A DNA stretch of 56,092 nucleotides, filler included, from Sluysia triapertura (taxonomy: Eukaryota): assembly GCA_046118255.1 (NCBI GenBank). It is 4 parts of 4 records of this genome, joined end to end, with 100 filler letters (N's around TTAATTAATTAA, not from the genome) between each part and the next. Parts side by side here need not be neighbours in the genome. Positions count along the whole stretch, not along the records: positions 1 to 16,413 come from JBJNIA010204262.1; positions 16,514 to 28,516 come from JBJNIA010148275.1; 2 more parts are not named here. One strand, 5' to 3'. Positions 11,801 to 25,113 of this stretch are shown here, one piece after another. Position 1 is the first letter of the stretch; every line of letters begins with the position of its first letter. The notes beneath the pieces were generated by a model. That model saw nothing but the letters and a program-made list of their open reading frames with translations. It was not told the DNA's origin and did not search any database. Both the position numbers and the translations under genes were made by a program.

Positions 11801-14800
11801 ACATGAGTCTCGCATCACTACAATATCAGCTCTCACTTAATCCAAAAATCAACACTACATATACAATTTATACAAGAATGTGATGAAGATTACATTGTTT
11901 ATAATTACATGACCACCCGAATGAATTTTCATTTTCTTAAGTAGCGTTCAGCATGATCACACAAGCCTATTTATACAAGAAAAAGTGGATATCATTCGAC
12001 TGTCCGAAGATATATCCGAATGATACCACCTTTATCTTGTAGTGATGCTGATGCTAACTATTACTAAATAATAGTAATCATCAGCATCACAAAACCTATG
12101 TATAAATGTAAAATATAACTATGATTTCACTTTAAGAATTTTTTTGGTTGTACGATTTTTAATTTAAGAATTTCATTAAGAACGTTACTTAATCTATTAG
12201 AAATAACATCATATTTACTAATAATATTATTGCTACTGTTTATTCTATAAAATTCAATGACAAAATTTCTTAAAATGTCATTTTGACACATAAAATAAGG
12301 ACCTCTTAACTTAAGGTCAGTAATTAATTTTAACTTTGAAATTGTTATTTTGACTATTCAAATAAAAACATTTATATTGAAATTTTATTAAAAATAAAAC
12401 CGAACTTGGTAGTTAATAATCTTTAAACACGAAGGTGATCACATTCTGCAAGATCAAATTGTCTTGAACTGAAACAAAGTCTTGTAAAATAAAATTGTCA
12501 CACATAATTTTTAATGTATGTTTAACATGTAGGTAATGTAACAAAGTTATTATAAATTCAATTAAAATTATAAAATTCAAATAATCTTGAATTCATTCTA
12601 AAATACTAAGCTACAAATTTATTGGTAGTACTTCTACATTTTAACATAAGACTTGATAGAACATTTTTACTATTTAAAATTCAATGTCTAAAATCAATTT
12701 TGTTACAATCTTAATTATAGAAATAAGCCATCGACATACATTATTCTTCATCTTACAGAAATCAGTCTCATTTATAAGTGAACTATCACTAAACAATCCG
12801 TTAAATGCATGAAACCAACATTTATCAAATAATTTAAGTACTAATACCTAGATTACATAAGATATTACACAAACACTTCATTAAACCAAATACGCATTTG
12901 GCAAATTATTTTGATAATTACTACATAAAACATAATTCTAATAATAGGAACTTCTTCAGACTTAAGCATCATTTAATCAACATATTCTCCAGTATATTTG
13001 TATTCTGTTAAATGGTAGTGAATAGTATAATTATACAGATATTCTAATTTGAACAAAACTTGATTTTCAACACTTATTTCCTCATTGTCTATTATAGAAT
13101 CATAAAATGGAACATCATATGAACTAGGTAGTTGAATATTTTTACGAGAATTAATTTATATTTATTTTACTTAAATTATAAGTTAAAATTTAAGTCATTG
13201 AATGGATATTTTGAAAGTCCAAAGATATCTTCCTTACTTATGTATTGCCTAATTTTTCATGGATAATTTTTATCACTATCATTATTAAAGTTACCATCAT
13301 CTTTTTTAATTTTAATTAATTTAAAATTTGGAAACAATATCAGGATATGCTGAACACATGTCTACTTTGATTGTAAATGTTTGACAACATCTTAACTATA
13401 ATTGGTCATATTCTTCGCTTTATATAATTTAGCAAAATTCGAGCACCCATTCTATATTACTGTTTAAAATTTTACTCTCCTTAATTATAATCTGTGTTTA
13501 TTAGTTTTTAGTAGTTGTTATAACTTAGTTGAACTCTTTCTAATTGTCAATAACTATATTTCGTATTTAATTTTTTAAATTTAATTTAATTTTTCAATTT
13601 AATCTGATGGCCGAAATTTTTTCCTGTTTTTATTATTTTAACTAACACTTTTCCAGATGAAAAAATTTGTATATCCATCTTCTATCTGATCATACCTCAT
13701 CTGCCAATCACTTTTGAAATCATTAACAAAACCAAAACACATACATATTACATATAAATTACCCATTCTTGATTTGATTGCGTGATTAATTTTGCCTCCA
13801 GTTTATATAATTATATAATTAATTATATAATTAAGGCCATTTTGAATTTTGTTAAATATTATTATTTATAATTATTATTATTAATTATTATTATTATTGC
13901 TGTTATTTTTATATTTATAAATAAATACACATAAATTAAACACTTATAAATTCTGGGCTTTGTAACAAATCTCTAAAAATTTTCTAGTTTCGGCATAATT
14001 TTTTTTGACTTCAAAATTTGTCTTTAAAATAACTAAGTCTTTTCAAAGTGATCTGAGCATTCTGTATTCCATGATGTTTCTGTTTCTTTTACATTCACTT
14101 TTACGTCTTCTGTACTTGATTTTCTTTAACTAGGAAAATCATCCATCTTGGTTTTTAAATGAAATTAATTTTTAGTATTAGTATTATTAATTATGATTAT
14201 GATTATTATTTTTCATTATGTTATTACATAAACTGCACTTAATTTCTTGTTATAAATTGAATTTTTCTATTTGTTTCTTCAAGAATTTCGTAATACATCT
14301 GTTCTTTATTTTGTTCGATTCTGACGAATGTATTTTCTAAATCGATTTGATATATTTTCAAATTAGAATTAGATGATGTTGTGAATTATGTTTGCGCTTA
14401 TTTTTGAATGATTTGGTTTTTCACCATTGGATTTAGTTCGTTCAATAAATTGATTGTCATCAATAATGTCCGTATTAAATTTCGATACATTTTGATTCGA
14501 TAAAGGTGGATTCAATAAACTTTTTTTATTACCGGAATGAAGACCATGATGGTGATTCTGTTTCGGTTTTTTCAGTACTAACTGTTTTCTTAAGTATCCT
14601 CTCCCTATTGTTGCTGCTTCTTATGACTATGATGACTCTTCATTTTGTGATTTTGCAATACTTTCACAACCCAATCTTTGGCTTTCTGAACAACAAGACT
14701 CCATTTACAATTGTTCTGTTTTATTACAGTATATAGTTATCGTCATGCACACATACAACCAGGTTTATTAATTAGATCCATAATTACTGATTACTTGTTA

Positions 14801-16413
14801 ATCACGTCTTTGGTTGTGAAAAGGAAAGTTAGGACAGAAAGTTCAGAAGAGCTTGGGTTTCTCTTACAAAAATTTCATTATAATATTATTTTGTTATTAA
14901 AGGATTACTTTAAGGTTATAAAAGGTTTTATATGTTGAAGTGTTTAAATGTTTAACTTGTGCACATGGTTTACAGTTTCGGTTGTTGCGTTATTGTAATG
15001 CGTGATAAATAAAAAGATTTAAGTAAGAAGGTTGAACCACCACAAGTTATGTAGCTTATTTCCAACTATAAGCTAATTAATTGCAGTATATAATATCGTT
15101 TCGGTGATTCATTTTCGATATGTATTAGTTTTCGAATAGAGTATTCAGTTTTTAGCAGATTTTTTTGGGTTTTTCTAACGACTGCGTTGGATCCGTAATA
15201 TTTTCTGAATACTAATTAAGTATGATTGATTCTTGTATTATGCAATTATGCGATTTAAAAAAAGGTATACAAATATCGGACAAGAAAAACCATTTATTTT
15301 TATTAAAACCATTTTCTGCACATAAAATTTTTATTGAAAATGTTCTAGAAAAAGTGCTTAAAACATACAACGTCATTACAATAAGCGTAACGTATAAATG
15401 AAATTCGTTCACAGTCATTAAAATTAAAATTGACATAGTATTCCTGAAAAGTTATTTTTTTTCGATGAATTCAGATGAGTATCCAGATTTTTGCTATGCA
15501 TATTATAACATAGGAGGTATCGTACACTCCAGAAAGTAGCGCTGGCGAATGTATCTGTATAATATGGCCAATAACAAGGAAAAGAGAAGAAGTTTTGAAG
15601 AGATAAGTACACTTTTTACATAAAATAAGCGCTTTATAGATAAATAGAAATAAAAACAAAATTAAACTGTTGAAAACACAAAAAATAATAAGAAAAATAG
15701 CACAAATAAGAAAAAATAAATACTAGGGGAAATATCGAAAAATTTTTTATGCTGAATTCAAAATTGAAAATATTCCTATCCATTCTAAAGATAATTTTTT
15801 GAACTTTAGAGAACTGTAACTCATATAAATTAAGTTTTGTCTGCCAAGTTTGGAACACCTCCCTTGTTAATAATTTCAAAATAAACATCTTAAAATATCT
15901 TTCAATCAAAAATAAATAAATTTAAATAAAAATGGAACTTAAAAAAGATAGATATAAATATACCACATTTAATTATGAAATCAAAAAGGTAATGAATCAA
16001 CCCTAACGTCGCAAAAACGAAAAAACCATGTATTTTATTAAAATGGAAATGAAGAAATAAATACTAACAAGATAAACTAACAAATTACTGGAAAGTATAT
16101 GAATGTGTGTTTAATTTAAAGTATTTTATATTTGGACTTTAAAGTTGATATTTATTAGGTTGAACAAAATTATTTATTCTAGACTATAAAATTATAAGTT
16201 TATTAAGGTTGTACTTATCCAGGATTTTATGCAATTTATTATTTTAATTACATGAAAAATTTTTAATATAATTTAATTTTTAACGTTATAAACATTTATT
16301 TTTTGTAATCTAACTTAAAAATTACTTTAACACTATATTTACCAAACCAGTCATTTTGACTGGTTTGATTAAAAATTACTTAAATTTCTATATAAATTTG
16401 TATATTTATTTTA

Positions 16414-16513
16414 NNNNNNNNNNNNNNNNNNNNNNNNNNNNNNNNNNNNNNNNNNNNTTAATTAATTAANNNNNNNNNNNNNNNNNNNNNNNNNNNNNNN
16501 NNNNNNNNNNNNN
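16414..16513. other. Artificial contig linker
   Basis: N44-TTAATTAATTAA-N44, with stops in all six frames; identical at all three gaps. Confidence 0.97.
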
Positions 16514-17612
16514 ATACTTTGATAATTAATGCCGAATAATCCATAACATTCACTCAATAGTCATTCTCTCAAACCAAACCACAACCATAAGACATAATAT
16601 GTAAATCACAAATACATTAACACCATTCAACAACATTAACATAGAAAACATTTTCGTTATAACTTTTAATCACTTACACTAATCCAAACTCATTTCATCT
16701 ACACATAATCATTATCAACATTTTTCAACATCACACACATGCTAAGATATATTTTGTAATTGTCATTTAAATTTAATAAACTACAACCTTTTAATAAGTC
16801 TCTCAAACCAATATATTCAGTGCATAAATCTTATTCTCAATTACAAACTTTAAATAAATCTCAAGAATTTATTCTAACATCCTTCATTTCACGTATAACT
16901 CAAATTATTCTGTTTATCTTCAAAAATAAATCTAAAATAACTTTAAAGAATTCATTGCCTTAGTGTGAAGCAACAACGATAACCGAGACGTAGTATACCT
17001 CGTTACCGTTGCTCCTTCACAGCATGTCATCTGTTTTTGTTTCTTTTTTACCTGATATGTAGAAAATTAAAGAATCTAAAAGAAAAGATGATGTTTTGTA
17101 AAGATAACAAGAGATTTTATGCAATTACTTTTACCTAATAATGATAATAATAACAATATTGTTATTGTTATTATTATTATTATGAAACATTGAAATGATT
17201 TTTGTCAAATATAATTTGAATTAAAATTGCAATTAAATGTAGATCAACCTGGTTGTTATCATCACCAGTGTTGACACTATACGTCACATTTTTCATTATA
17301 GTGTCACCACTGATGGTGGTCAATCACCAGTTTTCTCATCCTTGATTTGTAATTGGAAATTGCTATACATCACCCAATCAGATTACATACTTCTGAAATT
17401 ACTTAGTAGTACTCTGATTGGGCAAGCCAAAAATAGACTAGTGGTGATAATAATAACTCAAATAAGTTAATAACAATACACAAAAGAATTGGTAAGAGTA
17501 AAAAAATTAAACAAAAATAAAAAAATTAAACAGTGACAGTTGAAAAAGAGAAAATATTATTATCACTGTTATTATTGTAAATATTTATAATAATAACACA
17601 GTTTCAAACACC

Positions 17613-18971
17613 GTGACAATTCCAAAAATTAAAACTACAGAAAATAACGTAACTACAATGGAAGTGATCCGAAAAAGGACATTTACGAGATGGATTGATC
17701 CTATTTTTCTTAAATCAAACAGTTTTAATTTTTATAAAACGCAGCTCGGTTATCTTGATTACATAGTCACATTTTGTGAAACATCAGCTCCAAAAATAAA
17801 TGTCGTTTTTATTTCTAGATCAGTACTACGTGATTTGGAACGAAAATTAGTATGCACATTGATTGATGATAATTATTCAGAATTCGATTTAAAACATGTC
17901 GAGGTACCTCAATTCCGTAGAATTATAAAGTATTTAATCAAACCAGTATTTCCCAATAAAGTATTAGCTTATTCACGAATTCTAGACTATGCTTTTAATC
18001 CTAACAAAACTGTGGATGTAGAAACCAATTTTTATCATACTCATATCAGTCAATCATCATCGTTATGTGTACATGATTATATACCGAAATGAAATTATGA
18101 TGATAATCAAATATGTACATAAAGTTCTCGATGTCCTGCAATTCCTACAGAACAATTACAGAATGCTTCAAGTTGCAACTTTTCAATTAATCGTTACGCA
18201 CATGTCAGAAGAACAATTTCGTAACCTAATCTCATTAAGTGACAGTCAATTCCGGGACGACACTACAATTTTAGTTCTATTACAAGCAGATATTAGGACG
18301 TTCAAAGACATGATCAATCTGGGTCTAGACATTTTTACGTGGATATTGAACAAATAAGTGAGCCCCACTTACTTAGACGACTTAAAGTTTGCATGTTACC
18401 CTATATATGAAACCTTAACAAAAGGTCTCAAATCAATGATGCAATATCAATACTTAGACAAAGTATTACAATTAAAGTTGTATATAAGTGATTTGACAGA
18501 TGTAGTAGATTTTGAGTTTATTTTTACAAACGTTTCTAATATTGAAACAATCAACGTGAGTTTTAACTTAATATATTCAATAATCTTTAATTCAGTTTAT
18601 AAATCTACCGAACGGATTCGTGAAGCTAAACAGAGTGTGGTATGCAAAAATGAACGTGGAGAAAGAGGAGATGAGGAAGAAGACAAAACATCTAATTTGA
18701 ATCTAAGATATTTAGTGATTAAATATATACCAATCAATGTATTTTTATTAAATCTTCAAATTTAAATGTTAAAAAGATTTTTTTGTTTTTGCATAAGGTT
18801 GTAATAAATATAAATATGTTAAAATTGACAAGATTAAACGCAGATAAACTTCCTAATACTGTGGAAGTCCATTCTATCCAATTCTTGGGTAAGTACTTTA
18901 AGACTTTTAGTTCATTAAGAGACGTTCATAATAGGTTTAAACATAGAGAACATATCGATACATTTTATTAG
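17613..18971 (+). pseudogene. Intronless orphan ORF (~450 codons) broken by frameshifts and in-frame stops
   Basis: Four consecutive same-strand ORFs: 17613-18092, 18067-18357, 18358-18765 (in frame with the previous one across a single TAA) and 18783-18971. Protein-like composition, but no family recognised. Confidence 0.55.
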
Positions 18972-21329
18972 AGATTTAAGCAACTTATTCTTAAAGCCTA
19001 GCATTAAGGTTACTTATGGTACTTTAAGTTCAGTCTTGAAACTTCTTCAATATAGATGTCATAAGAGGAATATTTTATTGATAATAAAGCTCAAAGTTAT
19101 AATAACATTACTAAATTATAAGATTAAAAACATATACAACCATTTTAAAATCACAAATCAACTAAAATAAAAGACTCTGTAAATACTGTTTGAGCAAAAA
19201 TTCAAAAATAATTTGTTAAATTATGATGGTATGCTTATTATTTTTATTTTCTAAAACTAGATATCCATGTTTATAATTGTATTCTAATTTTATTATAATG
19301 AATTATCTGAAAGAATTACAATAACTACTGAATAAAAATATTACAAATTACGAAAACAAGGATAAAAGTAGAAATTAGTGAGAAGCTTGCGGTGTTTGTG
19401 TTAAATATGGTGATAAATTGAAAAACCTGTTTGTATGTGGTCTTTTTTATGCGATTTTTTATTTGGGCGAAGACGATAATACTGACGTCATAAATTATTA
19501 TAATAATAAATTTTAGTTTATTATAAGAAATAAGAATTTATAATTAAGTATCAGTGTAAATATGTATATTGCTAGAATTGTTGTGAATAATGTGTTGTAT
19601 TGAGTATTGATCTTTATCTGAAGTTGTTGTGGAAGTCATGTAAGATATATGTTAAAATATGTCATTTGTATTTCTATTGATTTCGAATAACCTTTTAATT
19701 TTTAGTATTTTTAAAAGTAATAATGTAATTCTTTTCATTAATGTTAATAATATCGAAAAGAATAATTTAACGAGTTCAACCATACATATTCTGGTATTTG
19801 AGTGAATAATACCTTCATATCATCGAAATGATTTTTAAGAAATACTTAAATTCATCAGTTTTAAAGTTTATCTTATTTAGTGCACTAGAAAGGGAAGTGT
19901 AAATTACAGATATAATTCGAGACAATGAAAATCAAATGGTAAAAATCAAGAATAATGACAGATATATAAAGAATAATAATATATAAACATTGAATAAAGT
20001 GTATATTAATGAATAATTCAACTATTTGTTAATTTTTATTATTTTGAAATTTTAATGAAACTAAGTTAAATAAATTACAAATTGTTTCCAGCAATTTTAG
20101 TGTTTCGTTAATTTTTATTTAATTAAAGTTTATTTCAATTCAGATGTTTGGCTCTAGGTCAATGTAAATCGATTTACTTCAGTAATAATTTGAAATTGTG
20201 TATTCTCAACCGTTATGTTGGATCTCGATTGTCATATGATATATTTCAACGTACTACAGATTGGATATAGTACCAAGTGATATTTTAACTCAGCTCACTG
20301 TATTAATAACTTTCCTTTAGAAGTTTTACTTAACTTTATCTTCATGTTACATATTTAAAACTAATTTTACTAATTATTGTTGTAATTAAATTTTAGATGT
20401 TCAAGTTATGATTTAATTTTTTGAACTAAACTTATTTTAAAATAAATTAGATGAATGTATTTAATTAGCATTTGACTCATGAATGATTGAAAGATCGAAT
20501 GCTTTGTGTTTGGTGTATAAAATTAAACGAGGTAATAATAAAATACTTCAGAAAATACCTAATTTAGCTTGGATTGTTAAGTTGGATGATTAATATAAAA
20601 GTGTAAGGGAGCGTTTCTTCAGAATGGAAAAATCAAATTCGCTATTATATAAGATGATTAATTGATCTGAATGAAAATTTCTGAAGTTAAGACAGTTATT
20701 GAGGAATCATTGTTAAAATATAATTCATATAAACATATTTCTTTGCGATTGTTCTGTGTCTATTTAAATGATTTATGATATAATATTGTTTAATTTTGCT
20801 TTTTGTTTGAAAATGAAGAATTTAATGTCGGAAAAAAATGTAGTAAGTACTATACAAAATATCAAATGTTAAATATATAAAATACTATGAAAAAGGATAC
20901 TTTATTATTAAAAATTAGTGAATTTTGTGAATTATTTGATGATTCAATCTAAATAATTTACAATTTTCGTGAATTATGTTTCAGAAGAAAAAGCAATTCA
21001 AAAAGGGAAGACATTTCTATAAATTTCTATAGATTCTAGTAAATGCTAATAACATTTCTATAATAACATTTTTAATAAGGAATTAGAAACACCGGATGAA
21101 GAATTCTCTAAAGTTGAAAATACGAAAGATGCAAAAAACGAAAAAAAATCAAAATTACAAATAAAAAATTAATTAAAAATAAAAGAATTTAATAACATTA
21201 ATTAAAAAACAAATAATCTTAATACATTCTGTAGAATGGATTAATGAAGATGAAGATAAAACCAAGGAAAATGTTCTAGATTTCAAAAGTATTTTTAACA
21301 ATTCCAGAATAAACAATTACAAAAAACAA

Positions 21330-23900
21330 AGAATGGCACCTTATTAAGCGACTTGGCTGATAAGGAAAGTATTAAATCAGCTAATGATGACATTAACCAA
21401 TCTTATCTTAACTGAAAGTTCGAAAAATCATATGTAGTTCTACCTAAAATTGTAATTCATGATGTAAGTAATGATATTAGTGATAGTCATATAATAACTG
21501 ATATCACTGATGAAATATAGAATTTAAAATATTAGTTAAAGAAGGTGAAACTTTAGACTTCATGTTTTCTAGACCTAGCCGAGACGGATTTTTAAAAAAT
21601 TTTCTATTAAAGTCGAATACAAAACCAAGAACTATTTCGGTTTGAATTGTAAGGTGTATGTAGGTTTTCAAATTTATTAAGTAATGAGTCGTTATGATAT
21701 TATACAATGTTATCACTGCAAGCTTTAGGTCTCATTGCTCATAATTACAGGTATACATTAAAGGATCCAACCTGTTTATATTGATCTTAAAATAATAGAG
21801 GGAAAACTTATCCGAATAGTGGTGGTATTGAAAAATTAATTGACATTGCTCCAGTTAAATATAAATATTTAAACATATAGATTAAATATTACTATGACTA
21901 GACCACCTAGTAATTCAATTAAAGAATTTTTTAGATGAATTTTATGATTATTTGGATATTATTTTGGAAAAGTCAAAAAAGAAGTTTTAATAACAGGAGA
22001 CTTTAATATAATAATGAATGACGAATGTAGAACAAGTCAGACATTCATCCAATTACTAAATATATTCAATTTAAAGAACAGTGTAACATTTAAAAATCAT
22101 TACTGTGGATTCATTAACAACAAATAATGATAGTAATATCGTTACTGATACAAAAATGAATGAACTATTAGATATATCTTATTATTTATTTACTATTAAA
22201 GTAGAATTTAAGATTACCAATTATGTTTGGCGTAAAGATCTTGAATATAGAACATTATCAAAAAATGATATTGAAGAGCCGAACACAGACGACATGGATA
22301 CATTAAGCATTTTATACAACAGGACACTGGTCTTTTATTTAAACAAACATGCTCCTTTGAAATGTATTGTTGTAAAATGTGGTGTTAATGAAAAATTTTG
22401 GTTTGGTTCTGAGATTACTGAGCAACAAAAAATAAAGCAATGCAAAGAAAGGAAATAGAGAATTTGAAAAAATGATGAAGCAAAGAAAGAATACATACAA
22501 TCTCTTTTTATATCCTATTCTAAGCCATTAAAAAGAAAAATTGGATTTTTATAATAAGTCGTTTGAAGCCAATAAATTAAATATTAAGGGGATTTATATT
22601 TAATTAATAATAATTAGTTATAGAAATTTTATAACTCTGTTCAGAAACGAAACTATCTCTTCTTTTTTCATTTATTTAGTGATAATTTTACATTAAAATC
22701 TTTTAGAATATTCAATAGAGTCAAGTTATGCATATCATTTATAATCCTGCACACGAGTTTAAATGATGAGCAATAGTATTGTCAATTTTGTTTTTGAAAA
22801 CCTTTTAAATATTCGTTTCAATGCCAAATCTCCATAAATTCATGGATATATACGATTCATAAACTGCATAGTCAGAAAATGTTATGTTAATCAGTTTATT
22901 TCGTCATCCGTGTTTCAATTATACAAATCCACCTATCTAAATTCACCATCGAAACTCTATGCACACAGAAATCTGTTGTCTTTCATTTTCTCTTTACCGT
23001 AAATATATTTTGTTTAACGACCATTTCAAAATAAGAAATTTTAATGATAATCTATGTCTTCATATTCTAAATGTTGTTTCTAATTTGTCTGTACGTATGA
23101 AATATATCCCCCCTCTTATGTTGATTAAAATTCATGTTTTTAAAATTGGTAATATATGTGTTTATCGTGTTTATTTTATTTCGAATTCTTAGTCAGAAAA
23201 TTACTTTAAAATTATGTTAAAGTTACGTGATAGATACTTTGATCTTTCAAATTAATCATAGACATTTCAGTAAATGTTATGTATATGATGATGTGCAAAA
23301 ATATACTGTATTTGTAATGAACAACATAGAAAATAATATTCAAAGTACTGAAAAACTAGTATTTGAATTGATAAAATGGTTTGGAAATCAATACATGAAA
23401 ATCAATGAAGAAAAGTCAGAATGTATGATCTTCAGTTAAAAATAGCTAAAACGCCAAAATAAATGAAACAAAGTTATTTGTAGGTAGTAAAACACTGTAT
23501 GTGAAGCACAAAATACGATATATAGGCTATTATATTGATTCAAAAATGAACATGGAATAACATATTAATTGCATTGTTAAAAGTGTAAATAACAATTAAA
23601 GAAATATCGAATATTCGAAAATTTATTAATAAATAAACACCTAAACTAATTGTTTATTCATTAATGATTACAAATAATAATTAATCAAGCATAAAGATTA
23701 ATTCTCAAGTGCGAAGGAGATTTCATGCAACACCTTTTCTTAAGGAATTTCACTGGTTGCCAATAAAAGCAAATGTAGAATTCAAAATCATGACAACAAT
23801 TTACAAATGCTTACCTTACGGAAGTCCTGAATATCTCATTCAGACAATAATTTCTATAGAATCTGAGGTGATTCAAACCTTTCATTTAAAATTTCACTAA
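21330..23900 (+). mobile_element. Decayed L2/CR1-group LINE: ORF1 zinc knuckle, APE endonuclease, RT C-terminus; interrupted by another repeat
   Basis: LPKIVIHDV and KVYVGF...IIQCYHC..LG (knuckle remnant) at ~21440-21750; RPPS...EF...ITGDFNI at ~21900-22010; KHAPLK at ~22345; YDDVQ (YADD-like)...WF..QYMKINEEKSECMIF at 23281-23436; FHWLPIKANVEFKI...YKCL...PEYL at 23749-23838. Many stops and frameshifts. Confidence 0.8.
22640..23190. repeat. Unclassified dispersed repeat occupying the position of the LINE RT core; paralog at ~27265-27640
   Basis: 22650-22850 aligns by eye with 27265-27460 plus 27606-27633 (shared ATCTTTTAGAATATTCAATAGA, CAATAGTATTGTCAAT, CAATGCCAAAT). Confidence 0.7.
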
Positions 23901-24183
23901 AATGGAATAAATATCATAAAATATTTAAAATAAACAAAATATCAAACAAATACACAACCGCATAATTTTGTTGTCATAGAATTTATTGTTATTATATTGG
24001 AATTTAATGTTTTAATATTTATTTGTTTATTGTTTAGTACTTTATAAATTATGATACCAGACATTAATTTACAACAAGCATTATTAAATTTAAAAAGTAT
24101 TAAAATATCTATCTTTTTAAAGGTGGACTTAAGGTCCTTGATAATATAAACCGAATAAGAAAAATACAAAAAATCTCCACATA

Positions 24184-25113
24184 TTATGCGAACTGTAAAA
24201 ATAACAGCAATAGAACGAAAATGACAGATAATATAAAAGACGACGTACAATATGAAATGTGAGACGTCGGAATCATCAGTGTCTCGCGGAACACGGCATA
24301 CAAGTTCCTTTCATTCTCCATGCGATCCACCTGTCTCATAAATAAGCTAGTTACCAATTCATCGATACTATCTGACGCGTCTACGCTAAAGCTTGATAAC
24401 TTAAACGATTCTGAATAAAATATAATCCAATAGTATCATCTAACTGACGTCATTAACCGTTTGTTGCATAATTATACACAAGTCTTTTCTTTCAAGACTT
24501 CACAAGCATATACTCTTTTAGTCTTTAATTCACGTGAATTCAAATTTAAAATTTTAAGTAGTCTTTTTGTTTTATTGTTTAAAGACAGTACAGTCGACGT
24601 ACTTAGTGACGGTCGTGCGGTCACACGACTCGCAATTGTCGTCAAATGTGCAACGGACTTTACATATTTTGCTCCATAACTCTTTTTCTGAAACATTCGA
24701 AAAAAGAAACAATGAAATTCAGTAAATAAGACACTTTTAGAATTTTCATAATAATATTTTAAATTATCACAATCTCTTAAATCTTCTTGCAAATTAGGCA
24801 ATTTGATGTGTATAACTTGATTATTTAACGTATAATAAACACAATGAACATTTTTACAAAACATTAGTCTAACTGTTTGACAACAATTTTCAAAATTACT
24901 AATGTTTCTAAAAATATTTGGAATTAGTCTAGAACCCTTCACGGATTCCATTATGAGAAAAGTTTCGTCTCTAAAAACATCATCGAAGAGAAATGTTTCA
25001 TCTCCGTCAATGTTAATTCTAAGAAATGTTTCATATCTAACGACTTTAATTCTGAGAATTGTTTGATCTTTAACAATGCTGTAATCTATTCTGAATCTGT
25101 TTAACATTTGCAT
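24184..25113 (-). pseudogene. Intronless orphan ORF (~310 codons) with 11-aa repeats and a hydrophobic C-terminus; two in-frame stops
   Basis: The 213-aa ORF continues in frame past TAA (24472-74) and one TGA into YYWIIFYSESFKLSSFSVDASDSIDELVTSLFMRQVDR...SSFILSVIFVLLLLFLQFA*. Confidence 0.5.

Noticed and set aside
14230-14700. Coding-like minus-strand stretch
   Set aside because: Multiple stops and frameshifts and no recognisable homology; at most an old pseudogene.
763-16963. Many 60-110 aa F/I/L/N/K-rich ORFs (also 33925, 37384, 43085-44351, 46832-48417, 51011-55441)
   Set aside because: Composition is what random AT-rich DNA produces; no motifs and no consistent splice structure.
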